Source: an uncultured Elusimicrobia bacterium
Lineage (GTDB): Bacteria > Elusimicrobiota > Elusimicrobia > UBA1565 > UBA9628
Length of the DNA stretch: 64,000 nucleotides
Direction: 5' to 3'
NCBI GenBank assembly: GCA_964358485.1
Contig: CAYHPY010000009.1
Location: forward strand, 294-64,293
Shown: positions 18,538 through 27,899 of the stretch, piece after piece
How positions within the stretch are numbered: the first letter of the stretch is position 1
Layout of the letters: the number at the start of each line of letters is the position of its first letter
Position numbers and translations under genes: made by a program
Notes under the pieces: generated by a model
Database searches by the model: none
Told to the model about the DNA's origin: nothing
The model's input: only the letters and a program-made list of their open reading frames with translations

Positions 18538-19331
18538 TTGGAAAGGGACTTCTGAAGGCGCGAGAGGCTGAAATAGGATTCTTTCAGGGGAATGTCGAAC
18601 TCGAGTTCCTTGTAGTTGAGAATGGTCTTCTGCCCCGGTTTTCGGGCCGGCTGGCATTCGAGCCGGGTGGGCACCACGCGGCCGCCGACGCGCTTGACCT
18701 TGGAAAGGGTGATCGTCCGGATGAGTTCCCCCCGCTCGGAGTAGTCTTCTTCCTTGATCGGGACCACGTCGGGATCGGGCCCCGGGTAGACCGCGCACCA
18801 GAAAATCACCTTGCCCCAGACGACGGGGGCGTCGGGCCGGGGCAGGCCCTCGAGCTTGTAGACCGTCCGGCGGGTCTCTTTGAGCCCCAGGTCGGCGGCC
18901 TCTTGCGCGGTCAGGGTTTCCTCCTTGGTCTCCAGGACCTTGTGATCGTAATCCTTGACGATGGAGTCGGCCTTGACGATGTCCTCGTAGGTGAAATCCG
19001 AGCCCTGCCAGGAGGAGTGCATCATGGTGGGCGGAATCTTGATGACCCGTTCGACCCTCTGCATCCAGAGCCACATCTCGTTTTTGCGGCGCAAGGTGGC
19101 GTTGTCCTTGTCCTTGGGCGGGGCGTGGATGATGATGTGGGCGAATTGCCGGCCGTAGTTCCAGCCCTCCACCTCCACGGTCCGGGTCCAGGACGGGGTC
19201 ACGATGGTCATTTCCAATCGCCCATGGCTGGAGTCGCCCCGCAGGGCCTTATTGGCGCGGTCCACGATCTCATGGATCGACAGGTCCGCCGCGGCGGCGG
19301 GCAGGGCCAGGAGGAGCAAAAGCGGGAACAT
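18534..19331 (-). CDS. Outer-membrane lipoprotein-sorting (LolA-like) protein
   Basis: Signal peptide; MWLWMQRVERVIKIPPTMMHSSWQGSDFTYEDI. Confidence 0.85.
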   Translation of the reverse strand: MFPLLLLLALPAAAADLSIHEIVDRANKALRGDSSHGRLEMTIVTPSWTRTVEVEGWNYGRQFAHIIIHAPPKDKDNATLRRKNEMWLWMQRVERVIKIPPTMMHSSWQGSDFTYEDIVKADSIVKDYDHKVLETKEETLTAQEAADLGLKETRRTVYKLEGLPRPDAPVVWGKVIFWCAVYPGPDPDVVPIKEEDYSERGELIRTITLSKVKRVGGRVVPTRLECQPARKPGQKTILNYKELEFDIPLKESYFSLSRLQKSLSK

Positions 19332-19365
19332 GCCGCGATTGTAGCTGATTTGGTACGATTCGCGA

Positions 19366-20700
19366 ATGGCCGATGAGCCCGACGTCATCGAAATTCTCCG
19401 GGACCTGATTCGCTTTGACACCACCAACCCGCCCGGAAACGAGAAGCCGGCGGCGGACTACCTCGCGCGGCTTTTGGCCAAAGACGGGATTTCCTCGGAA
19501 CTGGTGGAGCCCGCCCCGGGCCGCGCCAGCGTGATCGCGCGCCTCAAGGGCGGCTCGGAGCCGCCCCTGCTTTTGTCGGCGCACTTGGACGTGGTCGCCG
19601 CCGCCGGGAAGTGGGAACGCCCCCCCTTCTCGGGCGACCTCCACCGCGGCTATGTCTGGGGGCGGGGAGCGGTGGACATGAAGCACATGGCCGCCATGAG
19701 CGCGGCGGTCCTGGTCGGCCTCAAGCGTTCCGGGGCCCCCCTGCGCCGGGACGTGATTTTCGCCGGGGTCGCCGATGAGGAAGCCGGGGGCGCGTTCGGC
19801 GCGGGTTGGATCGTGGAAAACCGCCCCGATCTTCTCAAGGCGGGCTATTGCATGACCGAGGTCGGGGGCATGGCCACCCCGATGCCCAAAGGGATCGTCG
19901 TGCCGGTGCAGGTCGCCGAGCGCGGCTTTCTTTGGTTTCGCCTGAAGGCCAAGGGGCCGGGCGGCCACGGAAGCACCCCGCGCTCCGCGAGCGCCGTGGC
20001 CACCCTGGCGGCGGCGGTGGACCGGCTTTCGAGCAAGCCTCTTCGTTACCATTTGACCCCATCCGCGCGCGCCTTCATCAAGACCGTCGCCGCGGCCAAC
20101 GGCCCGGCGGCCTCGGCGGTGCTGGTCGGATTGCTGTCCTCCAAAACCGCTCCCCTTGCCTTGAAGATGCTTCCGGCGGAACGGCAAAACGTCTTCCGGG
20201 CCATGCTTTACGACACCGCCGTAGTGACCGTTCTGTCGGCGGGTTCCAAGGTGAACGTCGTTCCCGAGGAGGCCGTGGCGGAGGTTGACGGCCGCTATCT
20301 TCCCGGCGTCAGCCCGGACCCCGGCGTCAGCCGGGAAGAGTTCCTTTCCCAAATTCGTTCCGTTGTCGGCCCTTCCGTTGAGATTTTGCCGTTCACCGAA
20401 GGCCCCCCCACCGAAATGCCGGGCACCGGCCCCCTGATGGACTCCATCGTTCGCGTCCTGGGCCGCCGCCTTCCCGGGGCCAAGGTGACTCCTTATTTGA
20501 TGCCGGGGATGACCGACGCCAAGCATTACGCCAAGCTGGGCATGACCGTCTACGGCTTCGCCCCTGTGTCCCTGAAACCCGACGAGCCTTTCGCCGCCCT
20601 CTACCACGCCCCCGATGAAAGAATCTCCGTGGAGGGAATGCGGACCGGCTACTCCTGGCTGAAAGAAGTCGTCGAGGACTTTTGCCTGGAGAAGGCGTGA
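19366..20700 (+). CDS. M20/M25/M40 family metallohydrolase (ArgE/DapE-like)
   Basis: DTTNPPGNE, AHLDVV, WGRGAVDMK, ADEEAGG, GHGS and HAPDERI. Confidence 0.92.
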   Translation: MADEPDVIEILRDLIRFDTTNPPGNEKPAADYLARLLAKDGISSELVEPAPGRASVIARLKGGSEPPLLLSAHLDVVAAAGKWERPPFSGDLHRGYVWGRGAVDMKHMAAMSAAVLVGLKRSGAPLRRDVIFAGVADEEAGGAFGAGWIVENRPDLLKAGYCMTEVGGMATPMPKGIVVPVQVAERGFLWFRLKAKGPGGHGSTPRSASAVATLAAAVDRLSSKPLRYHLTPSARAFIKTVAAANGPAASAVLVGLLSSKTAPLALKMLPAERQNVFRAMLYDTAVVTVLSAGSKVNVVPEEAVAEVDGRYLPGVSPDPGVSREEFLSQIRSVVGPSVEILPFTEGPPTEMPGTGPLMDSIVRVLGRRLPGAKVTPYLMPGMTDAKHYAKLGMTVYGFAPVSLKPDEPFAALYHAPDERISVEGMRTGYSWLKEVVEDFCLEKA

Positions 20701-21038
20701 AAGCCCTGGCTCGCCATCATCTCATCGAGTTCTTCGGTTGCGCCCCCCGCCGCGTCGGTTCGGGGAAAGCGGTCGAAGAGGCCTTGGACCTTTTTTGCCG
20801 GGAGGCCCGCTTGAACCGGGTCCGCAAGGCGCGCCATGCCTTCGTTCCCCACGGCCTGACGGTGGCGTTGATCCTTAAAGAAAGCCATCTGGTTCTCAGC
20901 ACATGGCCGGAGCGCCGTTACGCGGTGATGAGCCTTCAGCTATGCGCCGAAGTTCCGGTTTTAAATAAATCCCTTTCGGCCTTGCGTCGCGGCCTCGGGG
21001 CCAAGCGCCTGCGCCGCCGCTTGTGGCGCTGCGGCTGA
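20697..21038 (+). CDS. Divergent S-adenosylmethionine decarboxylase (SpeD)-like pyruvoyl proenzyme
   Basis: HHLIEFFGC, HAFVPHGLT and LKESHLVLSTWPERRYA...C with the E-S cleavage site retained. Confidence 0.7.
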   Translation: MKALARHHLIEFFGCAPRRVGSGKAVEEALDLFCREARLNRVRKARHAFVPHGLTVALILKESHLVLSTWPERRYAVMSLQLCAEVPVLNKSLSALRRGLGAKRLRRRLWRCG

Positions 21039-21057
21039 ACATGGAAAGGAGTTGAAA

Positions 21058-21348
21058 ATGAGCGAACGAACCGAGGTGGAAAAGCAGATCGAGGCGGCCT
21101 TCGACTACCGGGGCCACGTGACGATCACCTTCGTCAACGGAGAGACCTTGGTGGGATTCATCTTCAACCGGGCTTTCTCCACGCCCAAGCATCCCGTGGA
21201 ACCTTTCATCGAAGTCTACCCCAAGGGCTCCGACGCGGCCAAGAAGTTTCTGATGTCCGAGGTCCGCTCCGTGGCCCTGACCGGAGAGGACGCCGCCGCC
21301 GGCAATTCCTACGAGGACTATCTCAAGAAAAAGAAAGGCGCGGCCTAG
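21058..21348 (+). CDS. Conserved-looking hypothetical protein, possible Sm/LSm-like beta fold
   Basis: AAGGAG RBS; AFDYRGHVTITFVNGETLVGFIFN pattern resembles an Sm1 motif. Confidence 0.6.
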   Translation: MSERTEVEKQIEAAFDYRGHVTITFVNGETLVGFIFNRAFSTPKHPVEPFIEVYPKGSDAAKKFLMSEVRSVALTGEDAAAGNSYEDYLKKKKGAA

Positions 21349-21420
21349 CGGTTGTCCGGGTAAAATTCGAACACCCCCCCCACCCCCCATCCCAAAGAGT
21401 TTTGCTGAAATTTTCAGTAT

Positions 21421-21448
21421 AATTTACATCGTCCAGACGATGTAAATT
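21421..21448. other. 28-bp palindrome, dif-like or operator
   Basis: AATTTACATCG-TCCAGA-CGATGTAAATT, in an AT-rich intergenic patch. Confidence 0.5.
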
Positions 21449-21546
21449 CCGCTTATTTTTTAATAATTTATTGAAATGACGCCCCCTCCCCCCCCCGATT
21501 CCCCCGTTTCTAGCATGAAGGCCCTGGGAACTGGTAGACTCTGCCT

Positions 21547-21681
21547 GTGACCAAGCCCCTGGTGGCGCTTTTAATTTGCCGGGGGCGGAGAAAAAGAAGC
21601 CGCGGTCATCGTGGGGGCTAAGAGCGAAAAGGAGCCGACGGACCTAGATGACGGCGCCTGACAAAGATTCGAGGTGATAAC
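21547..21681 (+). ncRNA. Candidate structured 5' leader RNA
   Basis: Starts 6 nt after TAGACT (21535-21540); several helices and an 8-bp loop-loop complementarity. Confidence 0.4.
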
Positions 21682-21924
21682 ATGAGCCAAGACGCACTGA
21701 TGGCGGAATTGGAGAAGTTGAAGGCGGAGAACGCGTCGCTCAAGCAGGCGAGCTCCCGGGGCGTTTCGCTCAAGGTCAGCCAGAAGGGCGCCTTGTCCCT
21801 GTACGGCATGGGCCGCTTTCCCGTCACGCTCTATAAAGAGCAGTGGGTGAAAATCCTGGACATGGAGGGCGCCATCCGCGCCTTCATCAAGGACAACGAC
21901 GCCCAGCTGAAAGCTAAGGAGTAG
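21682..21924 (+). CDS. Small conserved-looking hypothetical protein
   Basis: GAGGTG RBS; short coiled N-terminus then LKVSQKGALSLYGMGRFPVTLYKEQW. Confidence 0.8.
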   Translation: MSQDALMAELEKLKAENASLKQASSRGVSLKVSQKGALSLYGMGRFPVTLYKEQWVKILDMEGAIRAFIKDNDAQLKAKE

Positions 21925-22678
21925 GCGGCGCCGGGCGGCCCTTGTAGTCCAGCAGGATCCGGTCCACCCGGTCCTCGCTCGGGGAAATTCCCCCGTAGGG
22001 ATCGCGGAAGGTGGATTTTCCCCGGGTCTCGGATTTGACGACCTGGCCGAGCTCCGGCGAGAACCAGACGCGCTCGACGCCTTGGGTCTGGTGCCGGGAG
22101 CCGCCGTAGGGGCCGGACTCCCAGACGGTTGCGCCCTCCGCCGCGGTCTCGATGACGAAGCAGTCGAATTCCCCGGCCGGGACCCGGATTTTTTCCTTGG
22201 CGACGATTTTGTGCTTGCCCTCGATCTTGAGCCTGAGGGCCGAGGCGCCGGAAACGGCTCCGACCACCTCGGACATCCCGACGCCCTCGGTGGCGGTGGT
22301 CCACTTGCGGCCCACCTTCCATTTGCGGGGGTAGGCCAGGGCCGGGGGCGTGAAGATGGTCCGGTTCCGAGAGCCGAGCGTTCCGGTGGCCGTGGTCTGG
22401 ATTCCCGCGAGCCGGGCCCCCTCGGTGGAGGTCGAATAATAGGTCCGCAGGCGGCTGGCCCCTTCCTCGCTTTCGAAATAGAAGGCGGGGGCGCCGTCGA
22501 ACTCCTCCTTGGCGCCCGTCGTGGTCCGGCTTTTCGCGGGAATGGTTCCGCGGGTCACTTCATATTCCCACCAACCCCCCTCCGTGAAGGACAGGGGGGC
22601 GGTGTCGGTCCCGGCCGGAGCGCAATGCCCCGCGGGAGCCAGGGCCAGAAGCGGCAATAAGAAAAGTCCAAGGTTCAC
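21914..22678 (-). CDS. Secreted beta-rich protein (DUF3108/TapB-like)
   Basis: Signal peptide from GTG 22678; IRVPAGEFDCFVI...VWFSPELGQVVK. Confidence 0.65.
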   Translation of the reverse strand: MNLGLFLLPLLALAPAGHCAPAGTDTAPLSFTEGGWWEYEVTRGTIPAKSRTTTGAKEEFDGAPAFYFESEEGASRLRTYYSTSTEGARLAGIQTTATGTLGSRNRTIFTPPALAYPRKWKVGRKWTTATEGVGMSEVVGAVSGASALRLKIEGKHKIVAKEKIRVPAGEFDCFVIETAAEGATVWESGPYGGSRHQTQGVERVWFSPELGQVVKSETRGKSTFRDPYGGISPSEDRVDRILLDYKGRPAPPTP

Positions 22679-22702
22679 CCAAGAATTATACAATAGGAGG
22701 GC

Positions 22703-25159
22703 ATGAACGAACGGTTTCTTTGCGTCCACGGACATTTCTACCAGCCCCCCCGGGAAAATCCCTGGACCGAGGCCATCGAGGCCCAGCTCTCCGCCCGTCC
22801 CGACCACGACTGGAACGCGCGCATCGCCCGGGAATGCTACATCCCCAACGGGGTCGCCCGAGTGATCGATGAGAAGCGGACCGTGGTGGACCTGGTCAAT
22901 AATTACTCCTGGATGAGCTTCAATTTCGGCCCGACCTTGCTCTCCTGGTTCCAAACCCACTGCCCGGCCGCCTACGCCCGCCTTCTGGAGGCTGACCGCG
23001 AGAGCGCCAAGCGGCTGGACGGCCATGGCAACGCCGTCGCGCAGGCCTACAACCACATGATCATGCCGCTGGCCGACCCCCGGGACCGGCGCACGCAGAT
23101 TCTCTGGGGCCTGGAGGACTTCCGCCGCCGCTTCGGGCGCGAGCCCGAGGCGATGTGGCTGCCCGAAACCGCGGTCAGCGACGAGGTCCTGGCGGACCTG
23201 GCGGCCCACGGCCTCAAGTACGCGATCCTGGCGCCGAACCAGGCCGAGAAGGTCCGCCCCCTGGCGGGCGGAGAGTGGAGCGACGTGAGCGGCGGAGGCA
23301 TCGATACCTCGCGCCCCTACCGCTGGAAAGGCGCCGCCGGCGGGAGCATCGACCTTTTCTTCTACCACGGTGGAGTGTCCCATTCGGTCGCCTTCGAGCG
23401 TCTGATGGGCGACAGCGCGGTCGCGGCCCGGCGCCTCATGGAGGCCTATCCCGCCCAAGGCGGGGGCCTGGTCTCGGCGGCCACCGACGGGGAGTCCTAC
23501 GGGCACCACCAAGCCTTCGGGGAGATGGGCCTGGCGCACCTTTTGAGATACGAGCTTCCCGCCCAGCGCGTGCGGGTCGTCAATTACGCGTGGTTTCTGG
23601 CCAAGCATCCTCCGGTTCAAGAGGTCCGGATCAAGCCGGGGCCCGACGGTCTCGGGACCGCCTGGAGCTGCGCCCACGGCGTGCGCCGCTGGAGCGACGA
23701 CTGCGGCTGCGGAGCGGAAGGCCGCAGCCTCGCCTGGCGCCGGCCCCTGCGCGACGCCTTGGACTGGCTGCGGGACCGATTGGCGGAGGTCTTCGAGAGC
23801 GAGGCGGCCCGCCTGTTAAAAAACCCCTGGGCGGCGCGGGACGCCTACATCCGCGTGGTGCTGGACCGGAGCCCCGAAAGCGTGGAGCGCTTCCTGGCCG
23901 AGCAGGCCGCGGGCTCTCCGACTGGAGCGGAGGTCCGCCGGGTCCTGGAGCTTTTGGAGATGCAAAGATACGGCATGCTCATGTTCACGAGCTGCGGCTG
24001 GTTTTTCTCGGAGATTTCCGGCCTGGAGGGAACCCAAAATCTCAAATACGCCGCTCGGGCCGTGGAACTGGCGCGGCGGGCGTCGGGCCGGGATTTGGAG
24101 CCGGAATTCCTCAAAATGCTGGCGGCCGCGCCCAGCAATATTCCCGACTTCGGGACCGGGGCCGGGGTCTATGAAAAATTGGTCCGCCCCGCCGTTTTCG
24201 ATGAGGAAAAAGCCGCCGCGCTTTACGCCATCCTCCAGCTTCAGGGCGAGCCCGCGCGAAAAATCTACCGCTGGACGGCCCAGTCCGAACGGGGCGTGCG
24301 CAACTCCGTCGCCGGGGTCCGCCTGGCGGCCGGGCGCGCGCGGTTTCGGGATTCGGCCACCGGGGAATCTTTTTCCCGGGTCTATCTGGCGCTGGCCCTG
24401 CCCGACGAATCGGTGAAGGCCTTCGTGGGGGACGGCTCCGCCCCGGAGGAGGCGCTCGAGGCCCTGATCCGTCGCGTGGAAACCTTCAGCGCCGGCGACC
24501 TCCTAGAGGGGGCCGACGCCCTGAGAGCCTCTCTTTTCGGGGAACGCGCCTACTCCCTCAAGGACCTATTTCACGATGACCGGGAGCGCCTGCTCAATTT
24601 GATCCTCGCCCGCCGCCTTCAGCAGCTGGAAGCGTCCTGCGAGGACGTCATCGAGGATTACCTTCCGCTGGCGGAACGCTACGCCGCGCTGGGGTTGGAA
24701 GTTCCCCCCTCCTTGAAGGACCAGATCGAGCTGGCCGTCGGGCATTGGCTGGCGCGGCGGGCCTCCGGAGCCGCGGAGTCGGCCGATGCCGCTCCGGTCG
24801 AGGAGATGCGCGCGCTGGCCCAGCGCGCGCGCCGGGCGGGGCTGGTCCTCAACCTTGAGTTTTCCGAGCCGGCCTGGAGCCGGCTGGCCTCGTCCCGCCT
24901 GGACGGGGTGGAAGGGCGTTGGAAGACCGAAAGCGTCCGGGATCTCAAGGCCGTCGTCTCGCTGGGTTTGGAGTTGGGGTACAAGGAGTGGCGCTACGCG
25001 GCGGAGAACCGGCTTTTCCAGCTTCTGCACCGCCGCCATCCCAGGAGTCCCGAGGAGCGGGCCCTGTGGGCCGAGGTCGCCGAAGCGGCGCGCCTGGTCG
25101 GCATCAGCCCGGCGCCCCGGGAAGCGGCCCCCGTTCCCCACTCCGGAGCCCCGGCGTGA
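22703..25159 (+). CDS. Glycoside hydrolase family 57 / DUF3536 protein
   Basis: HGHFYQPPRENPW, SFNFGPTL, WLPETAV, ATDGESYGHH and MFTSCGWFF. Confidence 0.92.
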   Translation: MNERFLCVHGHFYQPPRENPWTEAIEAQLSARPDHDWNARIARECYIPNGVARVIDEKRTVVDLVNNYSWMSFNFGPTLLSWFQTHCPAAYARLLEADRESAKRLDGHGNAVAQAYNHMIMPLADPRDRRTQILWGLEDFRRRFGREPEAMWLPETAVSDEVLADLAAHGLKYAILAPNQAEKVRPLAGGEWSDVSGGGIDTSRPYRWKGAAGGSIDLFFYHGGVSHSVAFERLMGDSAVAARRLMEAYPAQGGGLVSAATDGESYGHHQAFGEMGLAHLLRYELPAQRVRVVNYAWFLAKHPPVQEVRIKPGPDGLGTAWSCAHGVRRWSDDCGCGAEGRSLAWRRPLRDALDWLRDRLAEVFESEAARLLKNPWAARDAYIRVVLDRSPESVERFLAEQAAGSPTGAEVRRVLELLEMQRYGMLMFTSCGWFFSEISGLEGTQNLKYAARAVELARRASGRDLEPEFLKMLAAAPSNIPDFGTGAGVYEKLVRPAVFDEEKAAALYAILQLQGEPARKIYRWTAQSERGVRNSVAGVRLAAGRARFRDSATGESFSRVYLALALPDESVKAFVGDGSAPEEALEALIRRVETFSAGDLLEGADALRASLFGERAYSLKDLFHDDRERLLNLILARRLQQLEASCEDVIEDYLPLAERYAALGLEVPPSLKDQIELAVGHWLARRASGAAESADAAPVEEMRALAQRARRAGLVLNLEFSEPAWSRLASSRLDGVEGRWKTESVRDLKAVVSLGLELGYKEWRYAAENRLFQLLHRRHPRSPEERALWAEVAEAARLVGISPAPREAAPVPHSGAPA

Positions 25160-27066
25160 GCGCCGCCTCCCGCCCCGTCTCCGAGATTCTCACCGGCTTC
25201 GACCTCCATCTCTTCGGCGAGGGAAACCACCTCGAGCTCTACCGCAAGCTGGGCGCGCAGGTTTGCGTCAAGGACGGGCGCCCCGGGGTCCATTTTTCCG
25301 TTTGGGCGCCCAACGCCGCCGCGGTCAGCGTGGTCGGGGACTTCAACTCCTGGAAACCCGCGGCCCAGCCCATGAAAAACCTCGGGGACTCCGGGGTGTG
25401 GGCGCTTTTCGTGGCCGGAGTCTCCCCCGGCGCGCGGTACAAGTACGAGATTTCTTTTAAGGCGGGCGGCTCGGCCCAAAAGGCGGACCCGTTCGCTTTT
25501 TTCGCGGAAGTTCCCCCGCTTTCGGCCTCGGTGGTCTGGGACACGGCCGCCTACGCCTGGGGCGACCGGGAGTGGCTGGACAAGCGCGCGGCGCGGGACC
25601 CCCTGAACGGCCCGGTCAACGTTTACGAGTGCCACCTGGGCTCCTGGCGCCGGGGCCCCGGCGGGCGGGAACTGACCTACGCCGAGCTGGCCGACGAGTT
25701 GATCCCCTACGCCGTCTCCATGGGCTACACCCATCTGGAGCTCATGCCGGTCATGGAGCATCCCTTCGGCGGGTCCTGGGGCTATCAACTCACCGGTTAT
25801 TACGCCCCGACCTCCCGGTTTGGCACGCCGGATGATTTCATGCGCTTCGTGGACCGCTGCCATCAGGCGGGCCTCGGGGTGATCCTGGACTGGGTCCCCT
25901 CCCATTTCGCCACCGACGGCCACGGGCTGGGCCTGTTCGACGGGACCTGCCTCTACGAGCACGAGGATCCTCGGAAAGGTTTTCATCCGGACTGGGGCTC
26001 CCACATCTTCAACCACGGGCGCAACGAGGTGAAGGCCTTCCTTCTTTCCAACGCGATGTATTGGCTGAAGGTGTTCCACGTCGACGGCCTGCGCGTGGAC
26101 GCCGTGGCCTCCATGCTGTATCTGGATTACTCCCGAAAGGAAGGGGAGTGGATTCCCAATGAGTTCGGCGGCCGGGAGAACCTGGACGCCGTGGAGTTCC
26201 TCAAGAAATTCAACACCTTGGTCCACCGCCACTTCCCCGGAGTTCTGACCATCGCCGAGGAATCCACGGCCTGGCCCATGGTTTCGCGCCCGGTGCATCT
26301 GGGCGGGCTGGGTTTTTCCCTCAAGTGGAACATGGGCTGGATGCACGACATGCTGGAATACATGACCAAGGAGGCCGTCCACCGCAAGTACCACCATTAC
26401 GACGCCACCTTCAGCATGCTCTACGCCTACACCGAGAATTTCATGCTGGTCCTCTCCCACGACGAGGTCGTCCACGGTAAGCGGGCCCTCTTGGACAAGA
26501 TGCCCGGGGACCTGTGGCAGAAGCTGGCCAATCTGCGCGTCTTCTACGGCTTCAAGCTGGGCCACCCCGGAAAAAAGCTCCTCTTCATGGGGGGCGAGTT
26601 CGGGCAATGGCGGGAGTGGAACCACGGGCAAAGCTTGGATTGGCACCTCTTGGACCAAGGGGACGAGCATCGCCGTCTTTGGGATTACGTCCGCGCGCTC
26701 AACCGCCTCTACGTTTCCGAGCCCGCGCTCTACGAGCGGGATTTCGAGCCCGGGGGCTTTGAGTGGATCGACTGCAACGATTCCGACAACTCGGTCTTCA
26801 CCTTCCTGCGGGCGGACAAGCATTGGACCCAGGAGTTGATCTTCGCCTGCAATTTCACCCCGGTGCCCCGCGTGGACTACCGGATCGGCGTGCCCAAGGC
26901 GGGCCGCTACCGGGAGATCCTCAATTCCGATTCCGAGTATTTCGGGGGAAGCAATAAGGGCAACGCCGGGGGCCTGGAAGCCGAGGCCGTGCCGTGGCAC
27001 GGGCGGCCTTTTTCCCTGCGGGTCACCGTCCCCCCGCTGGCGACCGTCGTTTTCAAGCGGGCTTGA
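25156..27066 (+). CDS. glgB: 1,4-alpha-glucan branching enzyme
   Basis: VWAPNA, YECHLGSW, SWGYQ, LRVDAVASMLY, IAEESTAW and LSHDEVVHGK. Confidence 0.97.
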   Translation: MSAASRPVSEILTGFDLHLFGEGNHLELYRKLGAQVCVKDGRPGVHFSVWAPNAAAVSVVGDFNSWKPAAQPMKNLGDSGVWALFVAGVSPGARYKYEISFKAGGSAQKADPFAFFAEVPPLSASVVWDTAAYAWGDREWLDKRAARDPLNGPVNVYECHLGSWRRGPGGRELTYAELADELIPYAVSMGYTHLELMPVMEHPFGGSWGYQLTGYYAPTSRFGTPDDFMRFVDRCHQAGLGVILDWVPSHFATDGHGLGLFDGTCLYEHEDPRKGFHPDWGSHIFNHGRNEVKAFLLSNAMYWLKVFHVDGLRVDAVASMLYLDYSRKEGEWIPNEFGGRENLDAVEFLKKFNTLVHRHFPGVLTIAEESTAWPMVSRPVHLGGLGFSLKWNMGWMHDMLEYMTKEAVHRKYHHYDATFSMLYAYTENFMLVLSHDEVVHGKRALLDKMPGDLWQKLANLRVFYGFKLGHPGKKLLFMGGEFGQWREWNHGQSLDWHLLDQGDEHRRLWDYVRALNRLYVSEPALYERDFEPGGFEWIDCNDSDNSVFTFLRADKHWTQELIFACNFTPVPRVDYRIGVPKAGRYREILNSDSEYFGGSNKGNAGGLEAEAVPWHGRPFSLRVTVPPLATVVFKRA

Positions 27067-27090
27067 CCCTGGGCCCTTGGTTGGCCGGAG

Positions 27091-27447
27091 TTACCTTGCG
27101 TGCCGAGCCAAATGTCCTAGTTCCCGAAAACGGGCCAGAACATAAAGCATGTACTGATTCAAGGAAACGCCTTCCTCCGTGGCCAAGCTTAGGTACTCTT
27201 GATGTAGCTCCCGGGGCAATCTGAGGAGTATTCTGCCGCCGGCATTTCGCGTGGCAAGGGGTTTGGGAGCGATCCATTTCTTAGTTTTCGCCGTTTCCAG
27301 CCAAAGTTCAATGGCCGTGTCGAGTTCTTCAAGCGCGCGCTCCGGCGTCTTCCCAAAAGCCGAGCAACCGGGGAGCTCCGGAGCCGCCGCGATCCACGCT
27401 TTGTCTTCCGCGCTATAGAACACCTTTCGCTCATATAGGTCAATCAT
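27091..27447 (-). CDS. hicB: HicB antitoxin with C-terminal RHH domain
   Basis: PELPGCSAFGKTPERAL; GRILLRLPRELH...EGVSLNQY. Confidence 0.88.
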   Translation of the reverse strand: MIDLYERKVFYSAEDKAWIAAAPELPGCSAFGKTPERALEELDTAIELWLETAKTKKWIAPKPLATRNAGGRILLRLPRELHQEYLSLATEEGVSLNQYMLYVLARFRELGHLARHAR

Positions 27448-27700
27448 TTTCAACACCCCCGACGCGCAATTGGTTTCGGTCGGCACAATCGAGCAATTGG
27501 CGGACTTGGTAGGCTTTTGCCTTGCCGCGGTCATCTTGAAAGTTCATCATCTGTCGAATGGCATCGTTCGAATAAATCTTATGGGACCCTTTCTGGCGCT
27601 GGAAAACGAATCCGAAAGCCTCCGCCAATTTGCAAAGTTCCGCGAATCTCAGGCCCGTCGGGCTGCGGCGCGCCTTGTCGAGCAGCTTCTCCGGCCTCAC
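27440..27700 (-). CDS. hicA: HicA toxin
   Basis: FGFVFQRQKGSHKIY...AKAYQVRQLL; overlaps hicB. Confidence 0.88.
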   Translation of the reverse strand: MRPEKLLDKARRSPTGLRFAELCKLAEAFGFVFQRQKGSHKIYSNDAIRQMMNFQDDRGKAKAYQVRQLLDCADRNQLRVGGVEND

Positions 27701-27735
27701 AGTGATATTATATACGATATCATGTCAGCCGTCAA
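27701..27735 (-). promoter_or_regulatory. sigma70-type promoter and operator of hicAB
   Basis: TTGACG-N17-TATAAT-N6-GTG; palindrome TGATAT-N8-ATATCA at 27703-27722. Confidence 0.7.
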
Positions 27736-27824
27736 TCCCCCGTATCCACTCACGTAAGATGTTGCCGAACCAGCGGATCCGGGGCACGAGCGCGCGCGGG
27801 GGCGTCATCGGCGTGAATATATCA

Positions 27825-27864
27825 TAGTCCCTTGGACCCAGGGCGCGGTGGGTCCAAGGCTCCT
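27825..27864. promoter_or_regulatory. Two boxes (27825-27840, 27849-27864)
   Basis: TAGTCCcttgGACCCA and TGGGTCcaagGCTCCT, 24 bp apart; the proximal box is 22 nt from TATCCT (27887). Confidence 0.6.
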
Positions 27865-27899
27865 GGAGAGTTTTCCCGCCCCGGGGTATCCTTGGGGAA

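Noticed and set aside
21400-21480. Replication origin
   Set aside because: AT-rich, but no TTATCCACA-type DnaA boxes or dnaA/dnaN neighbours.
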